Source of the DNA: Dicyema japonicum
Taxonomy: Eukaryota > Animalia > Dicyemida
Assembly (NCBI GenBank): GCA_011109175.1
Contig: RDEW01000010.1
Coordinates: 1,082,796-1,146,795 of the forward strand
DNA length: 64,000 nucleotides
Direction of reading: 5' to 3'
Part shown: positions 10,864 through 27,570 of the stretch, piece after piece
Layout: every line of letters begins with the position of its first letter
How positions within the stretch are numbered: position 1 is the stretch's first letter
Position numbers and translations under genes: made by a program
Notes under the pieces: model-generated
Seen by the model: the letters and a program-made list of their open reading frames with translations, nothing else
Told to the model about the DNA's origin: nothing
Database searches by the model: none

Positions 10864-11719
10864 AAATTCTGTTTTGAGTTCAATAAAGTCTTCTTAGTCG
10901 GTGATTGGATGATGACTAATTTACTCCGATGACCACAAGTGAAGACCGACTATGTGAACCTGGCATCTTTCATCAGACCCTTTAACTTGGCTCGGTGTTC
11001 CTCCCTTGACTATCCACAGGCACGTGATGGACTAAGAAGTGCTGGGTCTTTGATCGTTCACGTGCTTTCGCTATGGTCGCCATACCGCTTTACGCATTCC
11101 TTAAGAAACAATTAATTTTAGAAAAGTTATAAATTCGAAAATATTTTCTGTGATATAAATCTGATTGATGTAATAGGTTTTATTTTCCCACGCAAAAGAA
11201 AGATTTTTTGTAATATAAATCTGATTAAGGTATTTCACTTTTCATGTAAAGAAACGTAAATGATGAAAAATCAATCTATGCCCATGTTTCTCAACGAGGT
11301 GCAAAAAAGTGCAGCTGGAGCTCTAAGTCATCAGTCTCTAAGTCAAGTGAAGCTATTTGATGTGGCCTGTTAAAAAATAAGAGAATATAAGAGAACTATT
11401 TATCTTATGGTTTTATTCAAAACCCAAAGGATCCACTTAAGCCTTGTGTTTTCAACGTTGTGCGGATTTTTCTAACGAAGCGATGAAGCCAACTTGCTTA
11501 TATAAATAATCCTTAGTCGAGAATGTTATACTTCCGTATGTTGAAATATCTATAAATTATATTCCTTAAGGAATCTTCTTATTCCATTCAGTAACGATAC
11601 AATTCTAAGAATAATTGAAAATATGTCCTTAATTGTTACTTTTAAAATCATTAAAAATCTACACAAGATTTTTAACTTAAACAAATTTAAATCATATTTA
11701 AAAACTCATAATATATTCT

Positions 11720-11830
11720 ATGAGCGCTGCTGGTTATTTGAGCGAATCTCGCTCGCCATCCTGAGAGGCAATAGCCACATAGTCAGGACGGCCGGTATAT
11801 GCCCATTTGCTCACTTTTTTCTTTAATAAA
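11720..11830 (+). mobile_element. CRE-clade LINE 3' end
   Basis: ERCWLFERISLAILRGNS, matching the CRE endonuclease C-terminal QRLSxAIQRGN motif. Confidence 0.65.
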
Positions 11831-11859
11831 TTGATTTATTCTCTGCATGAAGTTAGATA

Positions 11860-12130
11860 CTTTTCTCAAAAGCCAACTACACGCACATTGACTGGAATCT
11901 TCTGGCTGAGAAAAATAAATACTCTATAAAATATAGACTAATTAGCATGGACGAGATTGCAATTATTTGGACATATTCTTAGGCTGGAACCGACTACGAC
12001 GTGTTACAGAATAATGTAAGAATATTTCTACTGCACCGGAAGTCACGGATTTCGAGGCAGACCAAAAAATACACTTCCAATTTGTTTAAAAGATAAATTT
12101 AAACAAATATCAAATGTGATCGTCTTTTCC
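11860..12130 (+). mobile_element. RTE LINE relic
   Basis: RLQLFGHILRLEP...GFRGRPKNTLPICLKD; same family as 6593-6868. Confidence 0.65.
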
Positions 12131-12474
12131 ATAAAAATGAATTGAACAGAGAAAATATAACCATCGGATGCGGAAGAAGAGTAATAATTTCAGTATCTTG
12201 AAAAGAGGAGACCTGCAAAAAGAATCTCAAATACAGAGCATCTGGTTGACCTTCACCGAAGTCAGGGTTTTTTTAATTAATGTCTATAGTTATTATAAAT
12301 TATTGACGGGGACGAAAATTTTCTCATAGAGCGAAGCGAATAAAAAGTTGATACACTGATCTAGGCAATCTAACACGGAGAAAAAATTGGAGATAGGCTG
12401 AGAATCTTTTTGGGTTCGAATCCCGACAATACCATTGGAAAAAAATGATAAGGACTCATGTCTTCTTCAAATCT

Positions 12475-12560
12475 TGTGAAATGTCTCAGGAGACACCAGT
12501 CCCTAACCGACATCCAAAAAGGATTTCTCTTCCCTAATCCACTAGAATATTTCCCACAAT
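12475..12560 (+). repeat. Partial copy G of SINE-like family
   Basis: tgtctcagg-agacacc-agtc-cctaacc-gac-atccaaaaa-ggattt-ctcttccctaatccact. Confidence 0.55.
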
Positions 12561-12715
12561 GACAGATAGATGAATGTGCTAATGATAAAAATTGCGTCTC
12601 ATTCCAACCGTAATAATTGGATGTAAATTTTAAAATCCAACTAAAAAGTAATCAAATAATTTTAAATTTTAAATAAAAATATTATTTATTAAATAAATAA
12701 AAGCCGGACTGCATA

Positions 12716-15700
12716 ATGAAACGCTCTGATGTGAGCCTATCTACGAATTTTGAAAAAGAGATCGAATCAAACATATTGAGTCTAAAAAAGATATTCGAGT
12801 TAATATTTCCACATATTATAGAATAAACAATTCGAGTAACTACGATTCTGGCATTTACGTGGATTTACTGCAAAGAAGCAAGTTCTGCCAGTTCACGAAC
12901 CACGTTTCTATTGGTAACCAATAATAGATCATCAAAAACTCTCTCAAAAAACTGTCCAAGCGAACCTCAAATTCTGCGGAATTTTTTAAAAAATACGAGG
13001 AGATTAAAAATAAAGAGTTTTCCTTCTTGTAAGATTAGCATCAAGTACATCGACTCTCTGATTCTTATTTTGTCGCGAATTATCGACGACCCTCAGGTGG
13101 TCACCTCGAAGATCGAAAACACTTGTTCATCAGAAAAAGAAGTCTTGACCCCCAAAAACCCAAAAATAGACTTCAACAAAGTTCCAGCCTTCAAAACCGG
13201 CCAAAAACTTATAATAACCCGGCCTTACCTTTCTCAAAATTTTGTCTTCTCGGCTCCTTGTCCTACCGCTGATTTGCTGGATCTGTCCTCCAATGAAAAG
13301 ACTCTGATGATTTGTAAAGATTTGGTCGGCTGTTTAATGGTAATAAATCCTCTCAACCTTAGGGTTGTAACGGGAGCTTTATTAAGCCACGAAAGAACAA
13401 TGACTCTATAATTTTCGAGTTTTCACCTCAAATAGGTTTTATATTTATTTAAATTTATTTTACTACTTTTAATTTTATTTTTTAATTTAAACCATTTTTA
13501 GATCCTCAGTCAAGAGATTTTTGTAAAAAGATTCTTGACGTGTCTTTGTGCTATTCTTACATAATCTCGTTTGTTGAGGAAAAGTCCACGTTTTTGTACG
13601 GAAAAGTCTATCACGCACTTACTGCTGCCATTGAAGATTTTATTAAGGTAGTTTTGTTTAATATCCCTTGGAATATTTATTTGTGATTGTCAAATTGGAA
13701 GAGAGAATTGTTTGCTTGTACATTTTATTGTAGAATAACCTTGATTTCCAAACCTTATGGTTCGAGCTGCAACCCTCGGCTTGGGTTCTGAAGACCCTTG
13801 TAGTACTGATTGAAAAAATCAACAAAGTATTGAATTCATTTTATTTATTTTTAAATTAATTTTTTAATTTTATTAAAAATTATATTTTATTATTACTTGA
13901 AACTCACTGTTTAGGCAAACCCCATGGTGGCTTATTACTTCAACTCTTGATTGACCACTCAAACAATCATACCTCGTATTTTAGTCTTATTTACATTTAG
14001 CATTAAAAAGGACAAGGAATTATATTTATATTTGATTAAAGCGGTTGTCAATTTTTTTAATTTACAGGCATTTGTCCCTTACATTACGATATTAATGACC
14101 TGGATTACCAAGGGAGTTATAAATGATCGCTTTAATGAGGTACTTTGAAGGTTATTCGTAGTTCTTTATTTCTGAAAAACATCAAAGTAAGACTTTATTA
14201 CTATTTTGAGCCAATGAGTCTTTCACATTGTTTGAGGATCGCTTCAAACTCTGCCTGAAATATTCCAAGTCAACTCAAGCAATATGGAGGGAAGATTTAC
14301 AACACCGGTAAATATTTGAATTATATTCGACGATGTGAACTTTATAGTACTCTTTTATCAGCATATCTTAGACACCACCAGCATTCAGACCAGCACAGTT
14401 GAGTACGATGAGAACTGTGGCAGTATTATTGAGACCGTCGAAACCGCCTTTGACTACGCTAGTAATAAGCTGGTCTCCATTATAAGGGACGAGAACAGCC
14501 TTATTGACTCCTTTAGGTATATTTGGACGTAAGACACTTTGGTAGGTCAATCTATGGCCTTTTCCTGTTCTATCAGGGCGATTTTATTTTGGAGTTTATG
14601 GACTTGGCTGAAGATGAGATGAGGATGCACTCGGAAGGTTGGATTTGATCCTCTACCTAGATATTGTCCCCGTCAAACTGAAAACCCACTTTGATCTGGC
14701 GATAAAGGCTTCCAGCCTGTCAAACAACAGATTCTGTAATTATATGAGGTAGTTTGGCGAGTCACGTGGTTAGTGTTAGATTGTCTCCCTATGACTTGGT
14801 TAATATGATAAGTCGTGACTATTCGGATCCCTTTAAAGGTATCGATATTACTTGATCTTGTAGATGCCCACAAACTGACTGGACTGGAGTCGATTGTGTT
14901 TGAGTACAATTTTGAATGGCCTTTGAATGTTGTCCTCGACCAACAGTCACTGCACTATTATCAAATTGTGACCCGACATGTTCTGTTCTGTAAATATGTT
15001 GAAAGACTGCTTAGTCGGTTGTTCATATTACTTATTTTACAGAATATCCACTTTGGGCTGTTCCGTCAAATCCATGCCGAGATCTGGTTGGCTGCTTCGT
15101 CGCATGATGCTTGGATTCATTCAGAGTCTGTTGCGCTATATGTTCAATGATGTGATTATCAATAATTGGAGTGCTTTAATTGAAGACTTAAACTCGGTTA
15201 GATTTGTTTGTTTTTTCTTATTTATCGAACTCTGTCAGGCCCTTATCTCCCACATTATTTGAACTAATATGCCTCCCTGTGTTTGGCTTGTGGTGTTGTC
15301 TTATTCCTATTATTTCTAATTATCTGTCTTTATTTTATTAAGGCTGAATCAGTGGATGATATGGTTGAGAAGCATATGAAGTTCTTTCGTACTCTGCTGA
15401 AACTGTTTATGATAAATGATGGAGCGGTCCTCGACTCAGTTTACTGTATAATGTCGATTTGTCTTCAGTTTTGTGATTATATTCAGGCAGTGTTGCTTTT
15501 ATTATAAAATAGGAGATTTACGATTCACCCAACTTATACAGAAATGACGTAATATTACTTTTTGATGACGTAGTTGCGCTCGGATTTTAGACTGGATTCT
15601 TTTGATGAGAAGATCAGTGACTTTTCGTTAACTTTTGAAACCCACGTGGTTAAGCTTTACAATCTGATTGTGGACCTGAGTCTGACTAATCAGGATAACC

Positions 15701-15784
15701 GAATATGCATTCTTTTGCACAGGTTTGTTGTTTTGATGCTATTTTAGCCTTGACTTCAACTCGTATTTTATGAAGCTTATGTGA
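12716..15784 (+). CDS. TUBGCP2: Gamma-tubulin complex component 2 (multi-exon; mostly 21-27-nt introns, three longer)
   Basis: Spliced peptides KDLVGCLMGCNGSFI, FVEEKSTFLYGKVYHAL, TGKYLNYIR, AFDYASNKL, YQGDFILEFMDLAEDE, TGLESIVFEYNFEWPL, LDFNSYF are colinear with GCP2; at least one apparent frameshift near 14260. Confidence 0.88.
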
Positions 15785-15862
15785 CTTGTAATTAAATAAA
15801 TTTTAGTTTTTATTGTTAAATTTCCTTCAAAATTAGCATTTATCCGAGAAGTTCAATGATTA

Positions 15863-18263
<2,401 letters not shown>

Positions 18264-19029
18264 AGAATTCTGAAAGAATAGGATAATCTAACAATAAATA
18301 TGCATAATTGTCGTAAGTGATAATAAATCGGTCTTAAATAACTTCGTGAATCGTCAATTTGCACTCTACGATTAGGTGGTAGAAATTTCTGCACAATTTA
18401 CTTTTCCGTTAATTTGAACATTAAACTATACACCGAATTTTCATTATTTTGGAAGAATTTTGAATAATTTATCAAAAGTTATATTCATGCTATCTCTTTA
18501 TTTTAATATTATATTTAAATTAATAAAATAAAAAATATATAATATTCAAATAAATAATAGATAAAATTTAATTTAGTAAAATGATCTTGTTGACGTATGA
18601 TTGAAATATTACGAAAGCTATGATTATATATCTATGACAACAATTATAACCTCAACAATTGAGAAAAAACTTACACATGTAATAATGCTCATGGATATAT
18701 TTATTTTTGTTGTGGATGTAAAGTTCTGTTAGTTTTGTAGCTAGAAATCATTTATTATTATTATTAAAAAGCATTTCCGGGAAAACATAAAATTAGTTAT
18801 TTTTTTTGCCGAATTCATCCTCTCCCCCAGCTTCGACCATGATCCTCTGTTGCGCGCTAATTCTTTTAAGTAGTCTAGGTCATCCACCATTTCCATTATA
18901 ATGTCAGATGCTGCCCACACTCTTGTAACACAGTAAATCAGGTCCTGATAGACTGCAAATCCGAGACCATAATGTCGGCAGGCCGATGAGAGAGTAAAAG
19001 GTGGTATCTGCCTAACAGTTCTTTACATT

Positions 19030-19440
19030 GTACGTTTGTTATTGTCTCTTGTAGACAGAAGACAGAGACGCCGTATTTTGTTAGATCGCATTCTGCTGGA
19101 ACTCGTCAGTGTCAAGGAATTAGTTAGTTTGGTTTTATCATGCGATCATTTGATGAGAAGTTCTCTGAGCGGGCTGTGGATGCTGCTGGATTCTCGGCCA
19201 TTCCGTCAAGGCGGAGAAGGCCAAACTCGAAAATAAGGCGACCTTCCCGATAATGTCCAATTTATTCCCCTTTCTATGGAGACTTCCGAATCCTACTCCC
19301 CTCTACACTAGAGTTTTTCGGACGTCTTGGAAACCGGATCACCTCATGTACTGGAGATCTCCGCGAACGCCGCTGGCTGTTTGAGCGAATTTCGCTCTCA
19401 AATCTGAAAGGGAACAGCAGTGAAGGCGGCATCTAAATAT
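19030..19440 (+). mobile_element. CRE LINE endonuclease/3' relic
   Basis: FFGRLGNRITSCTGDLRERRWLFERISL. Confidence 0.6.
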
Positions 19441-20654
19441 TTTGTCATTTTTTGCTTATAAATAAAACTACAAAATTTCTTGGAGAAATTGAAAAACAAA
19501 ATCTACCTCTCCATGGCTTGGGAGGGTTACTATCTTCGACTCCAAAAGTAAAGAAATAATAAAAATTCAAATTTCTGAAAATTTAAAGTCCATACACGTG
19601 AGCATCACCATGACTTCTTTCCCCTCATTATCCTACTTATGTTTCAACTTCCCTCTGATTATCCACATTCTTCATATTTATGGAATTCTTCTTGATGCTA
19701 AAACTAGTAGGAAAAAATTGAAGCTTATTTGAAGTAAGAGATCTAATTTATGTGGTTTTTTTTCTGAGACCATATTTTAAAAATTAAAACCGGCTGGTAG
19801 TATTTTTTGAGTAGAAAGTTTATGCTTTTGTGGATTTACAATATTATTTTTTGCAAGAAAGGAATGAGAGTTTACTATATTTCTCAATATAATACCACTC
19901 GTTATAAAATGCCGTCCTCTTAAAACTGGGGGATATATATTTTCCAAATATTATCAAAAATGTTGAGTATTTACAAACTGTAATTTTCGGTGATTCTACC
20001 AAAATTGATAGATTCGCTCAATAATTGAGCTTTCTTCACTTAAAAGTCCGATTCTTATACTTTACTCTTCTTTAAAAATAGTTTTCGACTGACTGATCAT
20101 TTCAATCCCAGCTTTTTTTGACGAACTCCTTTATTTTTTGCCTGTTTTACTTGAAACATAACAACTAATACGTATCATTTCAATCTCATCTTTTTTGAGG
20201 ACCTCCTTGATTTCTTTGTCTGTTTTACTTAACTTGATAACTAATCAGTTTTAAAGAGTAAAGCCTTAATGTCCCCAGAAAATCTTTATTAAATTATCGA
20301 CGCAAGTATATTTTGGCCTTTGCCTAATGACCTGAGGAATCCATTCATCAAAAGGCATTCATGTTGGTAATACACTCGACCCTCGCAAATTGGACACATT
20401 TTGAATAGTTTTTAAAAAATCCTATTCTCTTTATTAATTGGCCAATTTTTAAATTAGCCACAATTTTTACAATTTTTAAATTTTTAAAACTTCGTGAGAC
20501 GAGATGGCTCAAGGAGATGCTCTCGTTGGCTGTTGTCCGTGGGAATAGCTTGTGCATCTCCCAACAGCTGAATTAAAATTAAAATTAACTATTCTTTTTC
20601 CTTTTTCCTTATAATAATAATGAATTTTTAAAAAAATAAAAATTTAATTAACAC

Positions 20655-21230
20655 ATGTCTTCCAAATCCTCTCGTGGTCGCTATACTCGACTTACTTTTA
20701 ATGAAAAAACTCAATCCGAAAGACAATATCTAGAAAAACAATAAATAATCTTTTACTGAAGAAGGACACTATTTTGAAAGATTCAAAAAATTATCAACCG
20801 ACTTTTAAAACTGCACATAAACCAAAGTTTCTAAAATTTGAAGAGAAGTCGATTGAATGGATGGAGGTAATAGAGTCCATCGGGTTATACTATAAACTCA
20901 TTCCATCGAAAAGCATCTGCAGAAACCGATTTCAAGGTTACAAAAATTTTAAAGACCGTGTCTCAATTATGCTATGTTCAAACATGAGCGGAACGCATAA
21001 GTTGAAACCAGTGATGATTTCAAGACCAAAAATGCCTCGACGTTTTCGAAATTATGTTCACAAATTTTGACGTCTCCCACTATAGTTCACAAAGAGCTTG
21101 GATGACTGGATCCATATTTATGGATTGGTTGATTAATTTTGATATTCAGCTAAGTTCAAAGAACAGTTTTATTAAATTAACTATATTTTTAAGTCTTGCC
21201 ACAGTCCATATTTCCCCTTGGAATCGTTAT
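20655..21230 (+). mobile_element. Tigger/pogo (DDE_1) transposase relic
   Basis: KDRVSIMLCSNMSGTHKLKPVMI, AWMTGSIFMDWLINFD; frameshifted. Confidence 0.75.
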
Positions 21231-21520
21231 CTATTAATTTCGATCAATTCTTCCAATCTTCCATTTGCTCCGGATTCAAACAGAAATAAAGATCTTAAGT
21301 TCTCACAAGCTTCATTTGCAGACTTAGTGTAAAGTGGTCTGAAAAATGCGATCTATTAAAATTATTAAAAACTACCTACTATACATGTCAATGACTATTA
21401 AGATCAATTCGGAAAGGGACAACTCGCCTAGAAATAGCATGTAATAAATATAATTTTTCCACACTTGATATTGGGTTGAATACATGATTTTCGTTTACGT
21501 GGTTTAAATAATTTGTTATA
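21230..21520 (-). mobile_element. Integrase (rve) relic related to 53280-54450
   Basis: Nucleotide similarity: gatcttaagttctcaca... and cctactatacatgtcaatgac recur near 53770 and 53855. Confidence 0.55.
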
Positions 21521-21899
21521 AAATTTTGGATTTAAAATTCATATCTATTATTATCTGAATTTACTGGCTTACCTACAGTCCACTGTATTAAAGCGAACCC
21601 TAGAGAGCCTGCCACTGGAGTATAGGAGGCAGAGCCCGGAGATGACATATGGGCAGAGGGTTCAATCGGACAAAGCGACTCGGAGTTGTTTCACTGGAAA
21701 TTTTTATTGTGAAAAGAAGCAAAAAAGTGGTGATTTATATTTCCAATCTAAAATTAAAAGAACTTAAAATTTTTAAGGGATCGAAAATTTATAAACTTCA
21801 CAGTTTCGAACAATTTTTCTGTGATAATGTCATTCTTTACATTAAAATACCGCAATCTAAATTCAAATTCGATTTTGTTTATTCCTTCATGTGAACACT

Positions 21900-23100
21900 A
21901 GCGTAAGGCTTTTGACTCAAGGGATGTAACTAATTCAGATCTGAATCTGTACATCTGAGATAATAACGGAGTCTGATAGTGTTAGGCATTCAATAGTGCC
22001 CTCGTGAGGACAGTGCTAGCCGTTGTTAAGTTTTATGGAATTAGCTCAATTCGTTCACCAATACCCCCATGTACTCGAAATTATAGCAGTATCGCTTTAC
22101 CAATTGCTGTTTAAAGATCTTATTTTCGTGTCAAACTCTTTGCGAGTAAACAAACTGTTCTTAAGCCTTGGTAAAGTTTTAGTGCGAATGTTTTTATCCT
22201 TGCGATATCCTTCGTCGCATAAGAAAATTCCAACATTTTTTTATTTCATGTTAGTCCAAAAATCCATTTAGTGAGTTTTGTTATCGCCATTTTTCTTGCG
22301 TTAACCGTCAAGGACCATTTGGCCGCGTTTCTGATAGCGCTTACAATAAGGCTTCCCTGTTGTTGGTGACAAAGTCGACATCAGTATAAACAACAAGTTC
22401 ATCTTTCAGTTTTCTTATTGTTGCTTGAAGATATATAATGAACAGAGTGGGAGATAATGGATCTATTTGGGGAGTTCTTGCTGTCATCTTAAAAGGTTTC
22501 GAAGACATATTCTAAACCTCTAGAATCCGTTGATTTTAAGACCGGTCAAAAATCTGTGGATTTCAGCTACTTGGAATCGCCATTGTCACTGTCTCTTGGA
22601 AGCTGGTCCTCTTTGTATGCTAAAATGATATTTTATTCATAAGAGAGAGTTAATGAAATTCGAGTCGGCATTGATCGTCGATCATGTAAGAAATAACTAA
22701 ATAGTGACGGAGATAAAGGGGGATTCTTGTGGTACGCCGGTCGTATGCTCTATTGAGCTGGTCGTATGGTCTATTCGTCGGTATAGAATTTCAAGCTATT
22801 CTAAGGGAGATGAGAACTTGTAAGGGGTCGTCGTGGAAAAAATATACTTCGTAACAAAAGTAATAATTCCTCATCCGTGACCAGATGGTCGATCCTGATG
22901 GCATAGCCTGTAAATATCGGCATGAAAAAGGATAGTGTTATTTTCGTCTCGTGTAAGAGGTTGTGCTTTTCAATGTTGTGTTTTTTTGGAGATTTAGAGA
23001 TCAGTTACTTTTCCTTTCACTTTGTTGACATTTTGTAAAATAATGGATAGAGAGTTAAGTGGTCCCGGATTTGAGTGATGTCATCTGAAATGATCAGTAA
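21900..23100 (-). mobile_element. RTE LINE RT relic
   Basis: KMTARTPQIDPLSPTLFIIYL plus a degenerate xADDVDFV motif; many stops. Confidence 0.55.
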
Positions 23101-25289
23101 GGTTTCCATAAAAAATAAATTATTGTGAGTAATTGACGACAAATAATAAGTTATTAATTATTTAAAATTTATATTAAATATTTTTTTATTTAATTAAATT
23201 AATAAACTATTTATAAAATAAGGTATAATTCTTTTGTGGTGACTGTTATGTTTCAATTAACTACTTTTGATGTGTTCCAAGCAATTTGTTCTACAAATCC
23301 TAACACTAGCTAACTCAAATCCCTTATAACAAAGATTGGGGAAATGATAAAAGAACGCTTACTTTATCTTTCCCTTGTAAACCGTGGGGGAGGACTTTCT
23401 GGGTGTTACATTCCATAAAAAAATTGGAAATGATACTCGAAAATGTTGAGTCTGAGCATTTAAATTAAGTCAATTGCCGCCTGCTTATGCTTATGGTGTT
23501 CAGTCGGTCACTGACTAATGCTTACTTATCCTAATAATGTTGATGATACTGTGAGTTTGCTTGTATCTATTTTGAGTGCAAGGAATATGTTAATAATGTT
23601 GAGTCGAAGGGGGTTGGCTCAGATTTTTAAAATGTGCAGGATTTTGTACAGAAATGATTCAATTTCCTCGCATTATATGAGATCTCTTGGGTCTGTATTT
23701 AGAATTTAATTTATTTTAATAAAGTTGTATTTTTTGTTTTGATTTTTTGAGAATTTTATTAAATTAGCAATTTTTTAATTAAGTGTCTTTGTGGTTTCTT
23801 TTGCAATTTTGCCGTAACTGCGGTTTATCGATTATTATATGATGTACTTGGATTTAATTTATTTAAAGAAACAATAACCGAGGTTCATATAATAGCTTCC
23901 CTGACTGCGTGGTTATTCCGTCTCGGGAGCGCGAGCAAGATTCGTTCATATAGCCAACAGCGCTTACTGAGATCTCCTGTTCGCGTAGAAATCCTATTCC
24001 CTAGACGACCCAGGTAATCCAGTGTCGAAGGTGCAAGGGACCAGGACGTTTAAACCCGACTTTTTATCTTGTAGATTGTAGACAAATTTATTATCATAAC
24101 ATCTGGCTGTTGATACTGTCCGGGTGATAAATAAAATTTATCATTTGAATCACCAGAATTTTACCAATCCGGACAGCGCCGATTTCCTCAAAAATATTTC
24201 TAGCCAATAAGAAAAAAAAACTTTAAACTATAAGAGGCCGAGGGATCGATCGTTTCCTTATGGTTAAAGTTTGGTTAAGAGTAAGGTTGACTTCTCTCTA
24301 TTTTGTTCCTTGAAACAAAACTTAAAGATTGTTGATTCAAGTGATAAACTAGTCTTTTCTGAAGATTAGTAAGTATCGAAGCATTTCGGCGGATCACTTG
24401 TTTTATCTTAATTGCTGTTGAGACATCAGGAATCCTTGGCCCATAAAGTGAAGATCTAGTCGTCTGATCGACTCAATGATCCAAAGGGTCACCAAGGATC
24501 CATATGAGACCGGAGTATCTCGATAGCTATCATCAGAGGAAACAGCATGGCCATTCAAACTTCCTAACGGAAGAAAAAATCTTTTGAACTTGTGTGACAA
24601 GCGGATCAACTGACGCCTCTTAGAATTTGCTGAAGGGAGAACTAGAACGGAATCATACCTTCTCTACTAAAGTCAAAAAAATGTCTAAAGAGTATCATAA
24701 ATAATAAATGTTGTGAACAATCACCACTATCTTTTTAAAACAACCAACTCTTGAGTTTTTTACCTATCCACTACAAACAAGTTGAAACTAAACTCCCCCA
24801 GGAACATGATGATTCGCATAACCTGTAACCAAGATGAACTCCTTCCTCCTCACTTCTATGTCTTTGTAATCAAAAAAACAGAACCTACAACCTCTGACAT
24901 TTGAACGAACAAGCAAATCGATGTATTCAGCGATAGAAACTGCAGAGTCCTATATGAGGTCTTCTACATATCATATGGACGTTGATACAAGAAAGCTGAA
25001 TACACTATCAATATTTATGGCCACGTGGTCCACTTCAATAACTGTGAAAATTCAATGTATCCTGCAAAATATCACAAATATAAAAAATTGGTGGATGAAA
25101 AAAAATATATAAAAATTGGTAATCACAAATATAAAAAATATATAAAAATTGGTAAAAACCTGTGAGTTGCAAGCAACATGCCATATATGCATGAATGTCT
25201 TATGCATTGACTAATATAATCAAATTTGAAAAGCTCGATTAATTACATCAACAATCAGAGCATCATTGTAGGACATATTATGCCGCACT

Positions 25290-25535
25290 CCAGTTTCCAC
25301 TTCTACAGAAACAAAGTCCATCTGGAATCAACATAAAAGGTAAAAGACGTCCATAGTTGCAGTTGTGGAAACCCCTCCAGTGGAGTAGGGAGAGCAAATG
25401 ATCCTTTTTCGTGCCGGCCTGGCACTGGGCGACCAAGACAGATGGATCACATGACGTCACTCTAATAGGAACAGACGAACAAACAGAAACTTCAACCAAT
25501 TAACCACGAAGCACCACATGGCGCCACGCGGCTAA
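25290..25535 (-). mobile_element. SINE-like copy H (3' tail missing)
   Basis: High identity to 3850-4177 and 60954-61285; P4 gtgcc-aggcc-ggcac followed by gaaaaa-ggatca. Confidence 0.8.
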
Positions 25536-26459
25536 CATCACAGAATCACTCACTAACACAACCAGGTTTTAGGACATAATTATTTAACATTTTTAAACAA
25601 TTTTTATCACAAATAGCTACAATTTTTTAGTAGTGAGTATTTATTGTGACCGGCTCTAAATGAAGTTACGCGGAAAATAAGGCGCAAAATCGATTTAACC
25701 GTTGGTGCCGATTACGTATGACCGAATCGCCTGACCAAAACTTCTAATGAAGATTGCATTATGAAAACTATTCCGCTAAAGAATAAAGTGATGTCAGCGA
25801 CGGTAGGACGTGAGACAAAAATGGAAGAGGGTGGACCTACTTCTCCACCTCTTTTCGAAAGCGGAAGCCTGTAATGGAATATTAGAAGATGGATTTGGTC
25901 GGCACAAGCAGATGTTCTCCTATGGGTCCTTCCTTGGATAGTTAGTTATGACTGTTTGTGCTGGACTTACAATGGTAAGCCTGGGGTTAATAATAATAAC
26001 GTATCACCGAAAGTTAACGCTAACCGATTTAGACGGTTAATAACGCTAACCATTCGAGTAGTTTTTTTACTTTAATAACTTTTATTAGCAAGGAAATCAA
26101 AGAGGGAATCAGTTGGCTTCTCATCGCAAGCCTTGCAATCGCTTGGACTCTTTTTGCGCTCTCAGACCCCTCTTCTCGTTAATTATGCCTGCAACATAGA
26201 GTCAATCTCTTTTTAGGAAGTTTTCCATCCTTTTTTCAGCTGCATCTCTGATCGACATTACAAGCAAATTTCCATCTAGTTCTCGTCGAGCCATTTGCGC
26301 AGGGCAATCTTGATTCCTGCTCTCCTCGATTTTCAAGAAGCAAGATAAAATGCTCTTGATATGCAGTGTAATACCATCCTTCCAGTCCATAGTGGAGTGA
26401 TGAAATGATCGTACGTAAAAAATAAATAAAAATATATCCAATTCAAGTCTCAATTTTTT

Positions 26460-26950
26460 CATCGTCTTCGTATATCAGAGATCTCGTACTTGGTGTAGTC
26501 GGAGAAGGAAAACCAGCCATTAGAACATTAAACAATAGAGGGCTCAAAATGATCTTTGTGAGACTCCTCTCTTCAATATATCATATTTGAAAAATAGTAT
26601 CCGAATCAAACATAGGAGATTCTTCCTTCTAGGTACACTTTCATCCAATTCAGTGTAAATCCCTAAGCATTCCCAACTATGATCCAAATCTAAAGATACT
26701 TTACTAAATTTATGTACTGAAAACTACATTGTTTTTAAAACAACAAATGGAGCCGTCTCGTTAGGACGACCATGCCACAAAAATTCGTGTGCCTTTTACT
26801 GGAAAACGCAAAGTGGGATCAACAGTCTTATCAACGAGGATTTCCTTAGTATTTTGAACCCGCACAAACTTGCAAACAATCTAATGAAATATTATCACTG
26901 ATGACTCCATCACCGATGCCAGAAGGGCGAAACGGGGATGGTAGTTGAGA
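26460..26950 (-). mobile_element. LINE RT relic
   Basis: ILSPLLFNVLMAGFPSPTTPSTRSLIYEDD (degenerate YADD). Confidence 0.6.
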
Positions 26951-27570
26951 GAGTCCGTTTTGTTTCTTTAGTAGGCATATGTCCGCATCCTGTTTTTTCA
27001 AAAGGTTTGTGAGTTCAAGAACCTTTCTTTTTACCCCGTTTATGTTTATTTAAATAAGGGAGGAATGTTGTCATTTTCAGTCATAAAACTTATTCATCAA
27101 TTCTTATCGATTTTGAGTTTCATTTCGTTATTGCCAAAAACTCAATAATTTGTGAATTCCCATTTTATATATTTACTGAGCGGTAACTGTTGTCCTCCAT
27201 ATTTGTATAATTTTTTTAATATAGGTCATTATTAGTTGACCAGTGAAGGATGATTCAGACTTGTATTTTAAGTTAAAACAAAAAAAAATTAAACTAAAAA
27301 ATTATTGAGTTTATTTGTCAGTCTAAATCAATAAGTATATTATTAGATTACTACACAAAAGGGTTTACTGAATAAACAACATTATGACCAAATAGTAATA
27401 TTATCCAAATAGTGGAAGTTCACATGAATCACAATAATTGGGGTTTCTTTCTTTATATTTGGTTTTAAAGTAATGTTCACAACAAAATTCAGAAAGACTG
27501 ATTGAGACTTGTTTTGTCTTTATTAAGCCTAATAAGGTATTCTCATTTACTTCGAATTAATAATGTTATA

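Noticed and set aside
12412-12427. B-box-like ggttcgaatccc; similar hits near 42270 and 43920
   Set aside because: No cloverleaf can be built; at most decayed tRNA-derived fragments.
15487-15512. Possible GC-AG intron in TUBGCP2
   Set aside because: A canonical GT three bases downstream (15490) gives a 23-nt in-frame intron.
26791-26799. GCCTTTTAC, the U5 loop I sequence
   Set aside because: No closing stem, and it lies inside an RT relic.
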